From an uncultured Acidobacteriota bacterium (lineage in GTDB: Bacteria > Acidobacteriota > Terriglobia > UBA7540), in NCBI GenBank assembly GCA_963804995.1, contig CAWDSK010000002.1, positions 288,001-352,000 on the forward strand: 64,000 bases of DNA. The letters are read 5' to 3'. Under the pieces are notes generated by a model, which was not told the DNA's origin, ran no database searches, and worked only from the letters and a program-made list of their open reading frames with translations. The position numbers and the translations under genes are program-made. Below are positions 1 through 10,343 of this stretch, piece by piece. The first letter of the stretch is position 1, and each line of letters begins with the position of its first letter.

Positions 1-396
1 ATACGCCTGACCCTTGGTGGGGTGGTAATAGAACATCAGCAGTACGCCGGTGATAGTCAGGACCAGGAAAAGATAAAATGTGATGCCGCCCATACCCCAG
101 GTATAGCCGTAGCGCACGGCGTCACGATTGATCTTGGAGGGATGCAGGTGCAGGAAGACATTAGATAGCACCCCCAGGGCGCGGCTCCGGGAACTGTCAT
201 CGTGCTTGACACGGAAGATGGACTTATAAAGGGTGGTCTTTTCAGGCCGCTTAAGGCCCTCGATATCCTCTTTGGCCTTACCCTTCAGCACTTCCGTGGT
301 TTCGCGCACCTCCTCGAGCACAGCAGCGATGCCCTTTTTAGAGGGCGCCGCGCCCGGTTCCTCTTTCGGAGGGTTGGCGCCGTGTTCGTCAGCCAT
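1..396 (-). CDS. Cytochrome b N-terminal part (bc complex), runs off the window edge
   Basis: Manual translation from ATG at 396: MADEHG...NVFLHLHPSKINRDAVRYGYTWGMGGITFYLFLVLTITGVLLMFYYHP, typical of the cytochrome b/b6 N-terminus; directly downstream of the Rieske gene. Confidence 0.9.
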   Translation of the reverse strand, partial: MADEHGANPPKEEPGAAPSKKGIAAVLEEVRETTEVLKGKAKEDIEGLKRPEKTTLYKSIFRVKHDDSSRSRALGVLSNVFLHLHPSKINRDAVRYGYTWGMGGITFYLFLVLTITGVLLMFYYHPTKGQAY

Positions 397-412
397 TGAT
401 CTCTCCGCTTCA

Positions 413-561
413 AGCTATCAGCCGTCAGCTTTCAGCCAAACCCTAGGGTGACTGCTGAGCCCAGATTGCAGATTGTTGTTTCCTTGTCAACTCTTCAACT
501 CTCAGCGGTCGGCGCTCAGCTCGTCATTGAGCTGATAGCTGACGGCTGAAAGCTGATAGCT
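413..561. repeat. Heptamer tandem repeats (AGCTATC/AGCCGTC/AGCTTTC) in two inverted blocks
   Basis: agctatc-agccgtc-agctttc-agc at about 413-436 and gctgata-gctgacg-gctgaaa-gctgata at about 531-561. Confidence 0.75.
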
Positions 562-1171
562 ACACGTTAATGTACGAGCCGGCATCATTAAATTGATCCA
601 CGCCCCCCTTGGGCCAGGAATAGAGGCGGCTGGTGTCAACCACGATCTGTCCCGTCGCGTCCAATTCCACATGCGCACGGTCCATGGGTCGGGGAGCCGG
701 CCCTTCAAAGTTAATTCCTTCAGGCGTGTACCCGCTGCCGTGGCAGGGACACTTGAATTTGTGCTCCGCAGGTTTCCAATCTGGGGTGCAGCCGAGATGC
801 GTGCAGCGACCAAAGATCACGAAGATGCGGTCGGCTTCGCGAACCACCCAGATGCGAGCCTGTGCTTTGAAGCGCTCATCTACACCCGGCTGGAAATCCG
901 CGGGATATCCGATTTTGAAGACGGTGCTGGGTTCAAAAAGTGTGCGAGGAAAGAAGAAACGGAGGAACATCAGGAGATTGGCGCCAATGAAACCCCAAAT
1001 ACAACTCCAAATGATTCGCCGCCGCATCGTGTCCGCCGGTGACGCTTCAGCCGTAACGGTTTTGGCCTTGGCAGGAGCAGTCGGTTTAGGAGCGGGTTTG
1101 GCGGGAGCTGCGACGGCAGACGGAGACGGTGGAATAGGAGTAGGAGTGGCTGCGTCGCCCGCATTCGCCAT
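560..1171 (-). CDS. Rieske 2Fe-2S subunit of cytochrome bc complex
   Basis: CTHLGC and CPCHGS motifs, GPAPRPM, RRR plus TM helix; probable start MANAGD at 1171. Confidence 0.93.
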   Translation of the reverse strand: MANAGDAATPTPIPPSPSAVAAPAKPAPKPTAPAKAKTVTAEASPADTMRRRIIWSCIWGFIGANLLMFLRFFFPRTLFEPSTVFKIGYPADFQPGVDERFKAQARIWVVREADRIFVIFGRCTHLGCTPDWKPAEHKFKCPCHGSGYTPEGINFEGPAPRPMDRAHVELDATGQIVVDTSRLYSWPKGGVDQFNDAGSYINV

Positions 1172-1579
1172 AACCAGACCTCGTGGGTTGGCTTTCGTGA
1201 TTACTAGTTCAGGTGAATTCCTGTTAGCCCAGAAAAGAGAAATATAATGGAAGCCCCACAAGTCTGTCAACAATCGATCGCTACGGTTTTCCGAAAAAGA
1301 TGATTTGCTTGACGACCGTCAAGCTATCAACCCTAAACATATCGCAATGTGACAGGTTTTGAAGGGAGATCACGGGCACAGTATTTGTAGCGCCAGCGTC
1401 CCCGGGGCGTTTCAGCGATAGAGCGGCGCCGCGGCGACCTTTGCCCCTCTGAAAAACTGATCTCCGCTGGAGCCAGCGCCGACTGCGTCGGGGCGCGAAT
1501 TACGATGCACCCGGGTTAAGCTGCCGCGGCCCACCGGTCGATCCCCCGATGAACCGATGGCCCGATCGCCCGATAGCTC

Positions 1580-2755
1580 TTATTCCATCGGCATAAACTT
1601 CACACACACGGGCGCCCCGATCTCCAGCACCTGCCCGCTCGGCGTAAGGCGGCCGGTCTTCACATCCAGGTGAAACACCGTAAGGTTATTGGAGTTCTGA
1701 TTCGCAGAAATCACGTAATGACCGGAGGGATCGATCTCAAAACTGCGTGGCTCCTTGCCGCCGCTGGAAACAATTTCGACCGGTGTGAGCGTCCCCTTGA
1801 GGGGGTCAATCGAGTAGACGGCAATGCTTTCATGCCCACGATTCGAGCAGTAGAGGAATCGCCCGGAAGGATTCACTGCGATCTCCGCCGTGTTGCTCTG
1901 GCCCTTGAACTCCTTGGGGAGCGTCGTGATGGTCTGCAATTCCTTCAGCGTGCCGTTTGTCGCGTCGTAAGAAAACGCCGTGACGATGTTCCCCATCTCG
2001 CTGTTCACGTAAAGGAATTTGCCGTTGGGATGAAACGCCATGTGGCGCGGTCCGGAGCCGGCCTTTACTTCACCATAAGGGGGATTGTTGGGTGTGAGCT
2101 TTCCCTGGTTGGCATCAAATCGATAGACAACGACACGGTCAGCGCCCAGATCAGCAGCCAGCACAAAACGGTTGTCCGGCGAAGGCAGAATGCAGTGCGC
2201 GTGCGGGCCCTCCTGGCGCTCGGGATCAATGCCATGCCCTGTGTGCTGGACGATAGATGATGCCTTGCCCAAACGGCCATCGGCGAGAATGGGGAAGGCC
2301 GCCACACTCCCGCTCGAGTAGTTGGCAGCCAGAACATATTTGCCCGTCTTGTCGACAATCACGTGGCAAGGGTCGAGGCCGCCGGAGGCAACTTCGTTCA
2401 GCAAGGTTAGTTTCCCCGTCTTCCGATCTATCGCGAAGGCGCTAACCGCACCGCTTTTCTGACCTGCAAAGTTTCCGATTTCGTTGGCCGCGTAAAGAAA
2501 GCGGTGGTTGGGATGAATAGCCAAAAAGGAAGGGTTCGTCGATTCCGCCGCGAGCCCAAGCGGAGTCAGCTTCCCCGTCGCCGATTCAAACTTGTAAACA
2601 TAAATTCCCTGGCTTTTCGGTCCGGTATACGGCCCGACGTACACAAAATAGTTGTCCATGGTTCCAGGCCTTTCGGCGCCCAGGGCGGAAACCAGCCAAC
2701 CGCTCAGGGCGAGGAGTGTGAAAAGGAGCAGCGCGGAGTAAGGTATGTTTTTCAT
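1580..2755 (-). CDS. 6-phosphogluconolactonase family 7-bladed beta-propeller, with signal peptide
   Basis: RQEGPHAH, GSGPRHMAFHP, SNRGHESI motifs; start MKNIPYS at 2755. Confidence 0.9.
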   Translation of the reverse strand: MKNIPYSALLLFTLLALSGWLVSALGAERPGTMDNYFVYVGPYTGPKSQGIYVYKFESATGKLTPLGLAAESTNPSFLAIHPNHRFLYAANEIGNFAGQKSGAVSAFAIDRKTGKLTLLNEVASGGLDPCHVIVDKTGKYVLAANYSSGSVAAFPILADGRLGKASSIVQHTGHGIDPERQEGPHAHCILPSPDNRFVLAADLGADRVVVYRFDANQGKLTPNNPPYGEVKAGSGPRHMAFHPNGKFLYVNSEMGNIVTAFSYDATNGTLKELQTITTLPKEFKGQSNTAEIAVNPSGRFLYCSNRGHESIAVYSIDPLKGTLTPVEIVSSGGKEPRSFEIDPSGHYVISANQNSNNLTVFHLDVKTGRLTPSGQVLEIGAPVCVKFMPME

Positions 2756-3032
2756 GCCCCCTATGAAAGCGCAGGGCAACGAAAAGCGCAAGGGAAGTTT
2801 TGCCACCCGCGCCCGGGGGACAGGACAATGGCTAGAGGGGAGGTACTGCCCACCCATCTCAATTCCGCAACCCGCTCGCGAGGGTCCGAGATCCGCCGCG
2901 GCGGAAGAGGGGGTGCGAGATCCGCAGGCAGGCGGGGTTCTGTTTCTACCCTTGGAATTGTACGTCCGCAAAGCGTGGATACCTACTCTTGCGGGAATCG
3001 CGTCCCTACGGGGGTAAGCGTTGACTGCAGAC

Positions 3033-4055
3033 CTACGCCGGCACGCGGGTGCTGACCGTGTGGAGCACCAGGTCCGCTAGGGCGGTGACGAATGAAGGGG
3101 AATCGTTCAGGCCTTCCATGGTTTCGAAATGGTGTATGCCAAAGTATTCAGCTTGTTCGCGCGCTTCCACATTGATTTCGTAGAGGGTTTCCACGTGGTC
3201 GGAGACGAAGGAAATGGGCACCACCAGCACACGCTCGGCGCCGCGCACGGCGAGGTCTTGCAAAGATTCGCGGAGGAATGGCTGGAGCCAGCGGCCCGGG
3301 CCGGAGCGGCTTTGGTAGCACAGGCGGTGCGGGTTTGCCCAGCGGCCTCGCTCCATTACCAGCTTGGTTGTGGCTTCGATCTGCGACCGGTAAGGGTCAC
3401 CCTTGTGAATGACGCTCTCTGGAACGCTGTGCGCGCTGAACAGCAGGTGGACGTCTGCGGGCACGCGCGCGGCATGGCCGTTGGAGCGCCGAAAGCGCTC
3501 CAGGCCTTGGTTGATGCGCTCCACTATCGCGTCGAGGTAAAGAGGTTGGTCGTGAAAATCGCGGATCACTCGGACCTGCTGGGCGTGGTCGTGCGGAAAG
3601 TGGCGATGCCACTCGTTCAGGCTGCTGCCCGTGGTGGTCGAAGAGTACTGCGGGTAGAGTGGCAACAGCACAATCTCCTCCGGCGCGAAGGCCTGCAGCT
3701 CTTCTACCGCCACTTTCGTGAGCGGATGCCAGTAGCGCATGGCTACGATCACGCGTGCCGCGAAGGATTTCGAAAGTTCGATTTCGAGCGCCCGGGCTTG
3801 GCGTTCGGTGAGCTCGCCGAGAGGTGACTTGCCGCCGATCTCCTGATAGTGCTTGCGTACCTTGCCCGCGCGCCTTGAGGAAATCAGCTTGGCCAGCGGT
3901 TCGCGGGCTAATCGCGCAAAGGGGAAATCGATGATGTCTGGATCGCAAAACAGGTTGTAAAGAAAGGGTTCGATGGCCTCGAGCGAATCCGGCCCGCCAA
4001 GTTGAAAAAGTACAACCCCCACACGCGTACCCGGACTGCAATTCGAATCGCTCAC
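3033..4055 (-). CDS. hemH: Ferrochelatase
   Basis: LGGP, PLYPQYSSTTTGS, LFSAHSVP, FVSDHVETLYEI motifs. Confidence 0.95.
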   Translation of the reverse strand: MSDSNCSPGTRVGVVLFQLGGPDSLEAIEPFLYNLFCDPDIIDFPFARLAREPLAKLISSRRAGKVRKHYQEIGGKSPLGELTERQARALEIELSKSFAARVIVAMRYWHPLTKVAVEELQAFAPEEIVLLPLYPQYSSTTTGSSLNEWHRHFPHDHAQQVRVIRDFHDQPLYLDAIVERINQGLERFRRSNGHAARVPADVHLLFSAHSVPESVIHKGDPYRSQIEATTKLVMERGRWANPHRLCYQSRSGPGRWLQPFLRESLQDLAVRGAERVLVVPISFVSDHVETLYEINVEAREQAEYFGIHHFETMEGLNDSPSFVTALADLVLHTVSTRVPA

Positions 4056-4381
4056 CCCTTGACAACCTCTCGAAAGCAGGATTGTAAGATTCCGCCGGAC
4101 CGCCTAGTCCCCAGCGTGCTGCTAAGCTGCAGTCAGGAAAATATCCTACACAGTGGGGCTGGAAAACAGCAAGGGAATCCATCATAAGGAGCTGGTTAGT
4201 GGCAGGAAGCGAGTACTCAATCAGCCTTCGTGGCCGCGACTCACTGACCCGAGGCCTCACATCAAAACCTATGAAGGTGACCGCCCGGGGATTCTGGCAG
4301 CGATCCACATGAATGCTTTCGACGTGATCTTGGCAACTCCTCCTATTGCCTTTCAAACGGGAGGGATCATGCAAGGCCACA

Positions 4382-5257
4382 TCACTTTTGCGTTGCCGGA
4401 TGAATATCCGGTTCGATGTAGCCCTTGCGGACTCGAAACAGGAGATCGTTGAGCCCTGAGGGAGAAATGAATCGAGTCCAAATAAATCCGCCGAACCCGC
4501 TGACCCTTACCTGACTCGCACCCAGCTTGGAGGCATAGCTGAAGATCATGTCCGCCAATTCCCCTGGCCCCGACAGATTGTCTATAACTGCCTCAACGGG
4601 ATGAGGCCGGCTGTGAAGTTCCTCAATTGCCTGTTGCACGTGTGATTGAAGAGCCAAACAGGGTTCGGTATGACATTCCAACATCTTTTCGACGGAATAG
4701 AGCGCCGTATAGTTAATCCGATCAACGAAGGCCAAGTAAAGATGTCGTGTGGAAGGGATGAAGTGGACCGGAACCATTTCTGCAATTTCCAGCAGTGGAA
4801 AGGGGACCAAGTCCGCACATTCAAGATAACGGTGGGTCTGATTGAGCGGAAAGACAGGGATTGACCACTGCACTCCCAGCACCTGGGTAACCTGTTCCTC
4901 GGTTGCGGCCCCCATGTGCCGAAGCCATTCCCCGACTCGCCCACTCCCGGAGTCTTTCTGGGCCTTCAAAGCTTTCTGGAGTTGCTCCTTGTCCACATAG
5001 CCGCGCGAAAGCATGAGCAGCCCCAGTGGAACCCTGTGAGGCTTCGTTTGAGGCCGCGTGGCAACTTGAAGTAGTTGCTCGATAGCAGTGGTCAGAGCAC
5101 CATGAAAACAATCTTCGCTGCAATACCACCGGTCGTCGAGCAAGAGACCCCGCTGAGGTTCAAGCCATGCCCGCCACGGCCTCTTGCGATGGGGACATAC
5201 AGGGGATTCACATTGTCGTCGGACCCGCTCAGTCTTCATGTTGGTTATGAAACCCAT
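4382..5257 (-). CDS. MshEN/GspE-N domain protein with Cys-rich N-terminus and no ATPase domain
   Basis: Tandem motifs RVPLGLLMLSRGYVDKEQLQKALKAQ and RVGEWLRHMGAATEEQVTQVLGVQ resemble the MshEN RLGxxLxxxG...LxxQ motif. Confidence 0.7.
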   Translation of the reverse strand: MGFITNMKTERVRRQCESPVCPHRKRPWRAWLEPQRGLLLDDRWYCSEDCFHGALTTAIEQLLQVATRPQTKPHRVPLGLLMLSRGYVDKEQLQKALKAQKDSGSGRVGEWLRHMGAATEEQVTQVLGVQWSIPVFPLNQTHRYLECADLVPFPLLEIAEMVPVHFIPSTRHLYLAFVDRINYTALYSVEKMLECHTEPCLALQSHVQQAIEELHSRPHPVEAVIDNLSGPGELADMIFSYASKLGASQVRVSGFGGFIWTRFISPSGLNDLLFRVRKGYIEPDIHPATQK

Positions 5258-5313
5258 TCAATCTGGACGCTTTACAAAGGTCCCCGCGGATCGTCCTCCG
5301 ATGCGCTCTTTGA

Positions 5314-6183
5314 CTAGCTCCGCAGTGACTCAATCCGTTCGAGTGGGCTAACAATCTCCTTAACACGTAACCCGTAATTGCCGTCCACGACGACAACCTC
5401 ACCGCGGGCGATCACCTTCCCTCCCACAAGTAAGTCGACGGGGTCTCGGACATTCTGGTCGAGCTCAACGACTGATCCCGCATTCAGATCCAGGATGTCG
5501 TGCAATACCATGTGCTTTTCTCCAAAGCGCAGGGTAACGTCCAATTCCACATCCATTAACAGCTCGAGTTTTGGGTCCCGGGCCGGAGCAAAGGGAGCGG
5601 GAGTGGGGGTTGGTGGCGGCAGCTCCAGGGCTGCTGGGACAGTCGGCTGGGGGGGAGGGTTGAGAACCTTTTCCAAATCGGAACTGATCTCAGCGATAAA
5701 GGTAAAAGGCGCCATCGCGGAGCTACTCCATTGCAGACCGATCCGGGCTGCGGGCTCACCCGCCAGGCGTTCCATGCCTGACCACTTAAAGTTCACTTCT
5801 CCGCCGGCTAAGTCTTTGAGGGCGCTCGCCGCTGCTCCTGCAAACTGCCGAAACAACTCGCTGACAGCGTCGCGGTGGTCGTCGCTAAGGGCGGCCGCGC
5901 CGTCTTGGGGTTCTGTCAGCAACAGTTGAGCAAGCCTGACGGCGTCGCCTTTCGACAGCACAAACCCTTGTTCACCGGACAGGTGTTGAGCCGCCTCGAA
6001 ACGGACGCCGAGTCCATCTTCCTTAAGCGTTTTCCAGAGCGCTTGGGTGGCTTCCGGAGAGAGTTCCTGGGGGGTATTGGGGGTACCCGCCACTTCCTGC
6101 AGGACGCGCCCTATGCTTGCGGTCCAGGCTTCGGCATACTCCTGCATTTTCGGACTGCGGGCTGCCTTATTCTCAGTGCTCAT
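5314..6183 (-). CDS. fliN: Flagellar switch protein FliN/FliY-like (extended N-terminus)
   Basis: C-terminal SpoA domain LLMDVELDVTLRFG...IARGEVVVVDGNYGLRV; start MSTENK overlaps the fliM stop. Confidence 0.85.
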   Translation of the reverse strand: MSTENKAARSPKMQEYAEAWTASIGRVLQEVAGTPNTPQELSPEATQALWKTLKEDGLGVRFEAAQHLSGEQGFVLSKGDAVRLAQLLLTEPQDGAAALSDDHRDAVSELFRQFAGAAASALKDLAGGEVNFKWSGMERLAGEPAARIGLQWSSSAMAPFTFIAEISSDLEKVLNPPPQPTVPAALELPPPTPTPAPFAPARDPKLELLMDVELDVTLRFGEKHMVLHDILDLNAGSVVELDQNVRDPVDLLVGGKVIARGEVVVVDGNYGLRVKEIVSPLERIESLRS

Positions 6184-7172
6184 GCGCTCTCCTTGTACAC
6201 AGGACTGGCAGTGTGCACACGTTCCTCCACTTGTGCTGCGCGACGTAGCCCGCAGCGGACCGGGTGGGCGCGAAATAATCTTTTGCCGCTGACCAGCACA
6301 TCGCCAGCTTCCGAAAGAGCGCACCCCAATTTCAGGACGTCCCCACACTCCAGTGAAAGAAGCTGGGAGACGGGGACGCGCCCCTCCGGCAGGACCAGTT
6401 CCACCGGGAAGACGCAATGGTCCAAGTGTCTGCGGATTTGTACGGTGCTATCTGCCGTGCCTCGTTGTTTTCGATAGACAGCCTGCTGCATGAGTTTCCG
6501 TAGGAGGGCATTCGAGACCGCAGCCGGCAGGGCCACATTCAACATCCCGCGCGCCTCAGGCATGCGGATTTCGAAGCTTAGCGACAGGACTTTTTCATTG
6601 GGCGCCATCAGGCGGGAGATTTCAGCCTGCCGAAGCCGTTGATCGAAGCAAAATTGCACCTCCAGCGCAGAGTGCCACGTTGTTTCCAGTTCTCTCCCAA
6701 TGACCTTCACCACACTTTCCAGAATTTCTTCTTCGATCTCAGTGATCTCGCGCACGGTGGCCTCGGCCCGGCCTGGTCCCCCGAGCAACAGATCGATGAT
6801 GGGAAATGCGAGGGGCAGGTCGATCTCGATCGCTGCTGCAACCTCCACTGGGCGGAGAGTCATGGACACCAGATAGGTCACCTCCGGGATACGTTGCAGG
6901 AACTCACCATAGGAGAGCTGTTCTGCCGAGACGAGATTCACCTCGAAGGCGACGCGAAGATAGGCGCCCAGTGAGTAGGTTAGATTCCGCGCGAAGGTTT
7001 CGTGTAATTGACTTACCGAACGGAGTTGGTCCTTCGAGATCTTCGCTGACTGCCGAAAATTGCAGGCCGTGGAGGCGCGGATAGCCACGGCCGGTTTTGG
7101 CTTTTCGGCGATGCGCCCCTGGGCAGCGCGAAATAGTGCGTCGATCTCTTCCTGGGTTAGAATCTTCTCCAT
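6180..7172 (-). CDS. fliM: Flagellar motor switch protein FliM
   Basis: N-terminal ILTQEEIDALF CheY-binding motif, LLGGPG, REITEIE. Confidence 0.93.
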   Translation of the reverse strand: MEKILTQEEIDALFRAAQGRIAEKPKPAVAIRASTACNFRQSAKISKDQLRSVSQLHETFARNLTYSLGAYLRVAFEVNLVSAEQLSYGEFLQRIPEVTYLVSMTLRPVEVAAAIEIDLPLAFPIIDLLLGGPGRAEATVREITEIEEEILESVVKVIGRELETTWHSALEVQFCFDQRLRQAEISRLMAPNEKVLSLSFEIRMPEARGMLNVALPAAVSNALLRKLMQQAVYRKQRGTADSTVQIRRHLDHCVFPVELVLPEGRVPVSQLLSLECGDVLKLGCALSEAGDVLVSGKRLFRAHPVRCGLRRAAQVEERVHTASPVYKESA

Positions 7173-7978
7173 GCTGTCTCCACGGGGCTGGAATATGTTG
7201 GGGGCGGACCTTCTATCGAGGGCGAAGCTTTCTCCAGTAAGGCGCGCATCCTCGCCCGCAGTCGAACTAGGGCGGAGGAGTGAATCTGCGAAACTCGCGC
7301 CTCTCCTACTCCCAGGACGGCTCCCACCTCCTTCATGGTGAGCTCTTCAAAGTAGTAGAGGGAGAGGACCTGGCGTTCCCGTGGCTGAAGCTCACCCACG
7401 GCGCGGGCTAGGAGATCACGCAACTCCCCTTGCAAACACATAGTAAAGGGCTCCTGGTCAGAACGCTCCGGATGCGCCGCCATCGATTCGCGCTCTTGGC
7501 CGGACTCGGTAAACTCATCTTGGAGGCTGCCGAGGTCAAGTCCCCGCAAGTCACCCAGGAGCCGATGCAGTTCCTTCAGCTCCATCCCCAGTTCGACCGC
7601 CAGCTCGGGCTCCGTGGCAGGGCGGCCCATCCGGGCTCGAAGTTTCTGATGGGCCTGCTCAAGTTGACGGGCCTTCTTGCGCAGAGGGCGTGGGCTCCAG
7701 TCGAGGTCGCGCAAGCTGTCGAGGATTGCGCCCTGAATCCGGTGCTTCGCGTAGGTCTTCAGTTCCACATTCTTGCCGGGGTCGTATTTGTGGAGCGCTT
7801 CAATCAGCCCCAGGATGCCGGCCTGCACCAGATCATCCAGTTGGATGTGGGAGGGCAAACGATCGTGAATCCGGCGGGCGATGTAACGAACCTGCGGAAG
7901 CTGCTCCAGGAGCAGGCGTTCCTGATCTGCGGATTCCATATTTGAAGCGGATTCATAAGCTTTCTTGGCTTCTTTCAT
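7157..7978 (-). CDS. fliA: RNA polymerase sigma-28 factor FliA
   Basis: DDLVQAGILGL, RIQGAILDSLRDLDW, LTMKEVGAVLGVGEARVSQIHS; start could alternatively be TTG at 8020. Confidence 0.93.
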   Translation of the reverse strand: MKEAKKAYESASNMESADQERLLLEQLPQVRYIARRIHDRLPSHIQLDDLVQAGILGLIEALHKYDPGKNVELKTYAKHRIQGAILDSLRDLDWSPRPLRKKARQLEQAHQKLRARMGRPATEPELAVELGMELKELHRLLGDLRGLDLGSLQDEFTESGQERESMAAHPERSDQEPFTMCLQGELRDLLARAVGELQPRERQVLSLYYFEELTMKEVGAVLGVGEARVSQIHSSALVRLRARMRALLEKASPSIEGPPPTYSSPVETAWRRF

Positions 7979-8021
7979 GATTCTTCCCCTTTGCTTTTTG
8001 GCACGGGTTCCATCCGCCAAT

Positions 8022-10097
8022 TCACTGCACTACCCCCAGGGATTGAATTGAAACCGCGGCTGGAATCTCCGCGGGGGAGAGGACCACCAGTCTGGGAAGG
8101 AACGGCTCCAGAAGGCGGCGCAGGTGGAAACGGGTCGGACTGCTACAGAGAACGATAGGTGAGGGAACGGTCAGCGGCTCCCCCAGAAGCTTCTTCAGGC
8201 CTTCCATGATTCGGCGAATCAGGGAGGGCTGCAGGGCATTCGACGGTCGACTGGCGAGCTGCGGGTCCAGGATTTGAGCGAGTTGCTCCTCCATTGTTGA
8301 GTCAAGCTGGATGACGGTGAGTTTGCCATCGTCACCGAGCAGGGGTTGAACAAGGGCGCGGCCGAGCGCCTGCCTGACGGTTTCCACTAAGAGAATCGGG
8401 TTCTTGTTCAGGGTTGCCGTGTCGAGTAACGTTTCCAGAATTGTTACCAGGTCGCGCACGGAAACTTGCTCACGCAGCAGTTGCTGTAACACCTTCTGCA
8501 CGTCGCCCAAACTTAGCAATTTGGGAACGAGTTCCTCCACGAGCTTGGGCTGCGTCTCTGCCAGGGCGTTGAGCAGTCGCTTGGTTTCTTGCCGGGTCAG
8601 AAGCTCGTGGGCATGCTGCTTAATGACTTCCGCTAGATGGGTCGCCAAAACCGAGGTTTGATCCACGACGGCGTAACCGGCTGCCAGAGCCCGCTCGCGA
8701 AGGTTCGGCGCGATCCATTTAGCGGGTACCCCGAAAGCCGGCTCCAGGGTTTCACGTCCCTCCAGGGGCTGCGCTGTGGCCTCGGAGCTGATGGCGAGTA
8801 GCCCGTCCTGTGCCATCTCCCAACGCGCGATCTCCACTCCCCGGAAACGGATGACATACGCGCGGGGATTGAGCTGAACGTTGTCGGTAATGTGGACAGG
8901 TGGGACAATGAAGCCCAATTGCAGGGCGAGGTGGCGGCGCAGGGCACGGATCCGAGCCAGCAACTGTCCCCCCTGGGCTTGATCGACTAGGGACACAAGG
9001 CCGTAGCCCACTTCCAGGCTCAGATCGTCCAGCCGCAGGAGGTTCTCCAATTGCTCCTGAGCTTTTTCCGGTGGCAAAGTAGTGGAGGGAGTTACGGCTT
9101 CGGCCGCCTTGGCAGAGGTCGCTTGTTTTGCCCGGCGCGCCAACCAGACCAGAAGCCCTGCCATGAGGAAGAACGGAATCTTGGGCAGCCCCGGGACTAG
9201 CCCCAAGGTGGCCATGACCCCGGAGACGATCCACAAAGGATGGCTGCGAGGAAGCAGTTGCCGTGCGAGGTCAACCCCCAGGCTTGACTCGGAAGAAGCT
9301 CGCGTGGCCACCATCGCTCCGGCAACGGAAACCAGCAGCGAAGGGATCATGGTGACCAGGCCGTCCCCAACCGTGAGAATGGTGTAAGTCTTCAGTGCCT
9401 CGCTGAGCTGGACGCCATGGTAGAAGACTCCAATTAGGAATCCTGCGACGATGTTGATTGCGGTGATGAGCACTGTGGCCAAAGCATCGCGCTGGCTAAA
9501 GCGCGCAGCGCCATCCATGGCCCCATAGAACTCCGCTTCCCGGCCCACCAGTTCCCGGCGGCTGCGGGCCTGGGCCTCGTCAATCAGCCCAGCGCCCAAG
9601 TCAGCGTCAATCGCCATTTGTTTGCCGGGCAAGGCATCCAACGTAAAGCGCGCCGTCACTTCCGCGATGCGTACCGCGCCGTGGTTGATGACCAGGTACT
9701 GAATAGCGATCAACGCCACAAACAGGACAAAGCCCACGATGTAGTTGCCGCCCACCACGAATTGCCCGAAGGCTTCGATCACATGTCCGGCGGCGGCGGA
9801 ACCCTCGTTGCCGTGCATCAGGATGCGGCGACTGCTGGCCAGATTGAGTGAAAGCCGGAATAACGTCAGCAGCAGAAGGAGCGAAGGAAACACAGAGAAT
9901 TGCACCGGCCGCGAGATGTACATCGCGACCAACAAGACCAGCACCGACGCCGTGAGGCTCAAGGAAAGAAGGAGATCGAGGAGGAAGGTCGGCAGGGGGA
10001 CGACCATCACGAACACCATTGCCACCGCAACCAGCGGGACCATCCAGTCCAGGCCTATGCCTTTGTTGACGGGGGCCGGGTTGAGTGTCGGTTTCAT
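8022..10097 (-). CDS. flhA: Flagellar export protein FlhA
   Basis: RIAEVTARFTLDALPGKQMAIDADL, FYGAMDGA motifs. Confidence 0.96.
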   Translation of the reverse strand: MKPTLNPAPVNKGIGLDWMVPLVAVAMVFVMVVPLPTFLLDLLLSLSLTASVLVLLVAMYISRPVQFSVFPSLLLLLTLFRLSLNLASSRRILMHGNEGSAAAGHVIEAFGQFVVGGNYIVGFVLFVALIAIQYLVINHGAVRIAEVTARFTLDALPGKQMAIDADLGAGLIDEAQARSRRELVGREAEFYGAMDGAARFSQRDALATVLITAINIVAGFLIGVFYHGVQLSEALKTYTILTVGDGLVTMIPSLLVSVAGAMVATRASSESSLGVDLARQLLPRSHPLWIVSGVMATLGLVPGLPKIPFFLMAGLLVWLARRAKQATSAKAAEAVTPSTTLPPEKAQEQLENLLRLDDLSLEVGYGLVSLVDQAQGGQLLARIRALRRHLALQLGFIVPPVHITDNVQLNPRAYVIRFRGVEIARWEMAQDGLLAISSEATAQPLEGRETLEPAFGVPAKWIAPNLRERALAAGYAVVDQTSVLATHLAEVIKQHAHELLTRQETKRLLNALAETQPKLVEELVPKLLSLGDVQKVLQQLLREQVSVRDLVTILETLLDTATLNKNPILLVETVRQALGRALVQPLLGDDGKLTVIQLDSTMEEQLAQILDPQLASRPSNALQPSLIRRIMEGLKKLLGEPLTVPSPIVLCSSPTRFHLRRLLEPFLPRLVVLSPAEIPAAVSIQSLGVVQ

Positions 10098-10343
10098 GTC
10101 CAATTCCTAACGAGGCTTTGCCCTACGTGAGCCATCCCGCAGGGCTGGACCGTACTTAGAACCACAGAAAAACACACCGCAACGCCTTCCTCCGAGGTTG
10201 GCGAGCGTCTGAGAGAGAGGGCGTCACTCCGGCCTGATCGACGTTCACCGGGGCGAATCCGGCGCGGCGATCCCAACCCTTGCCGAGATGGTAGAATTTG
10301 CCTCATCGCCACCCCACTCTTGACCCCTTGGTTCTACGTTGGC

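Noticed and set aside
10104..10343. c-di-GMP riboswitch between flhB and flhA
   Set aside because: Only isolated GGCAAA/GCAAAGCC words; I could not build the two-stem consensus
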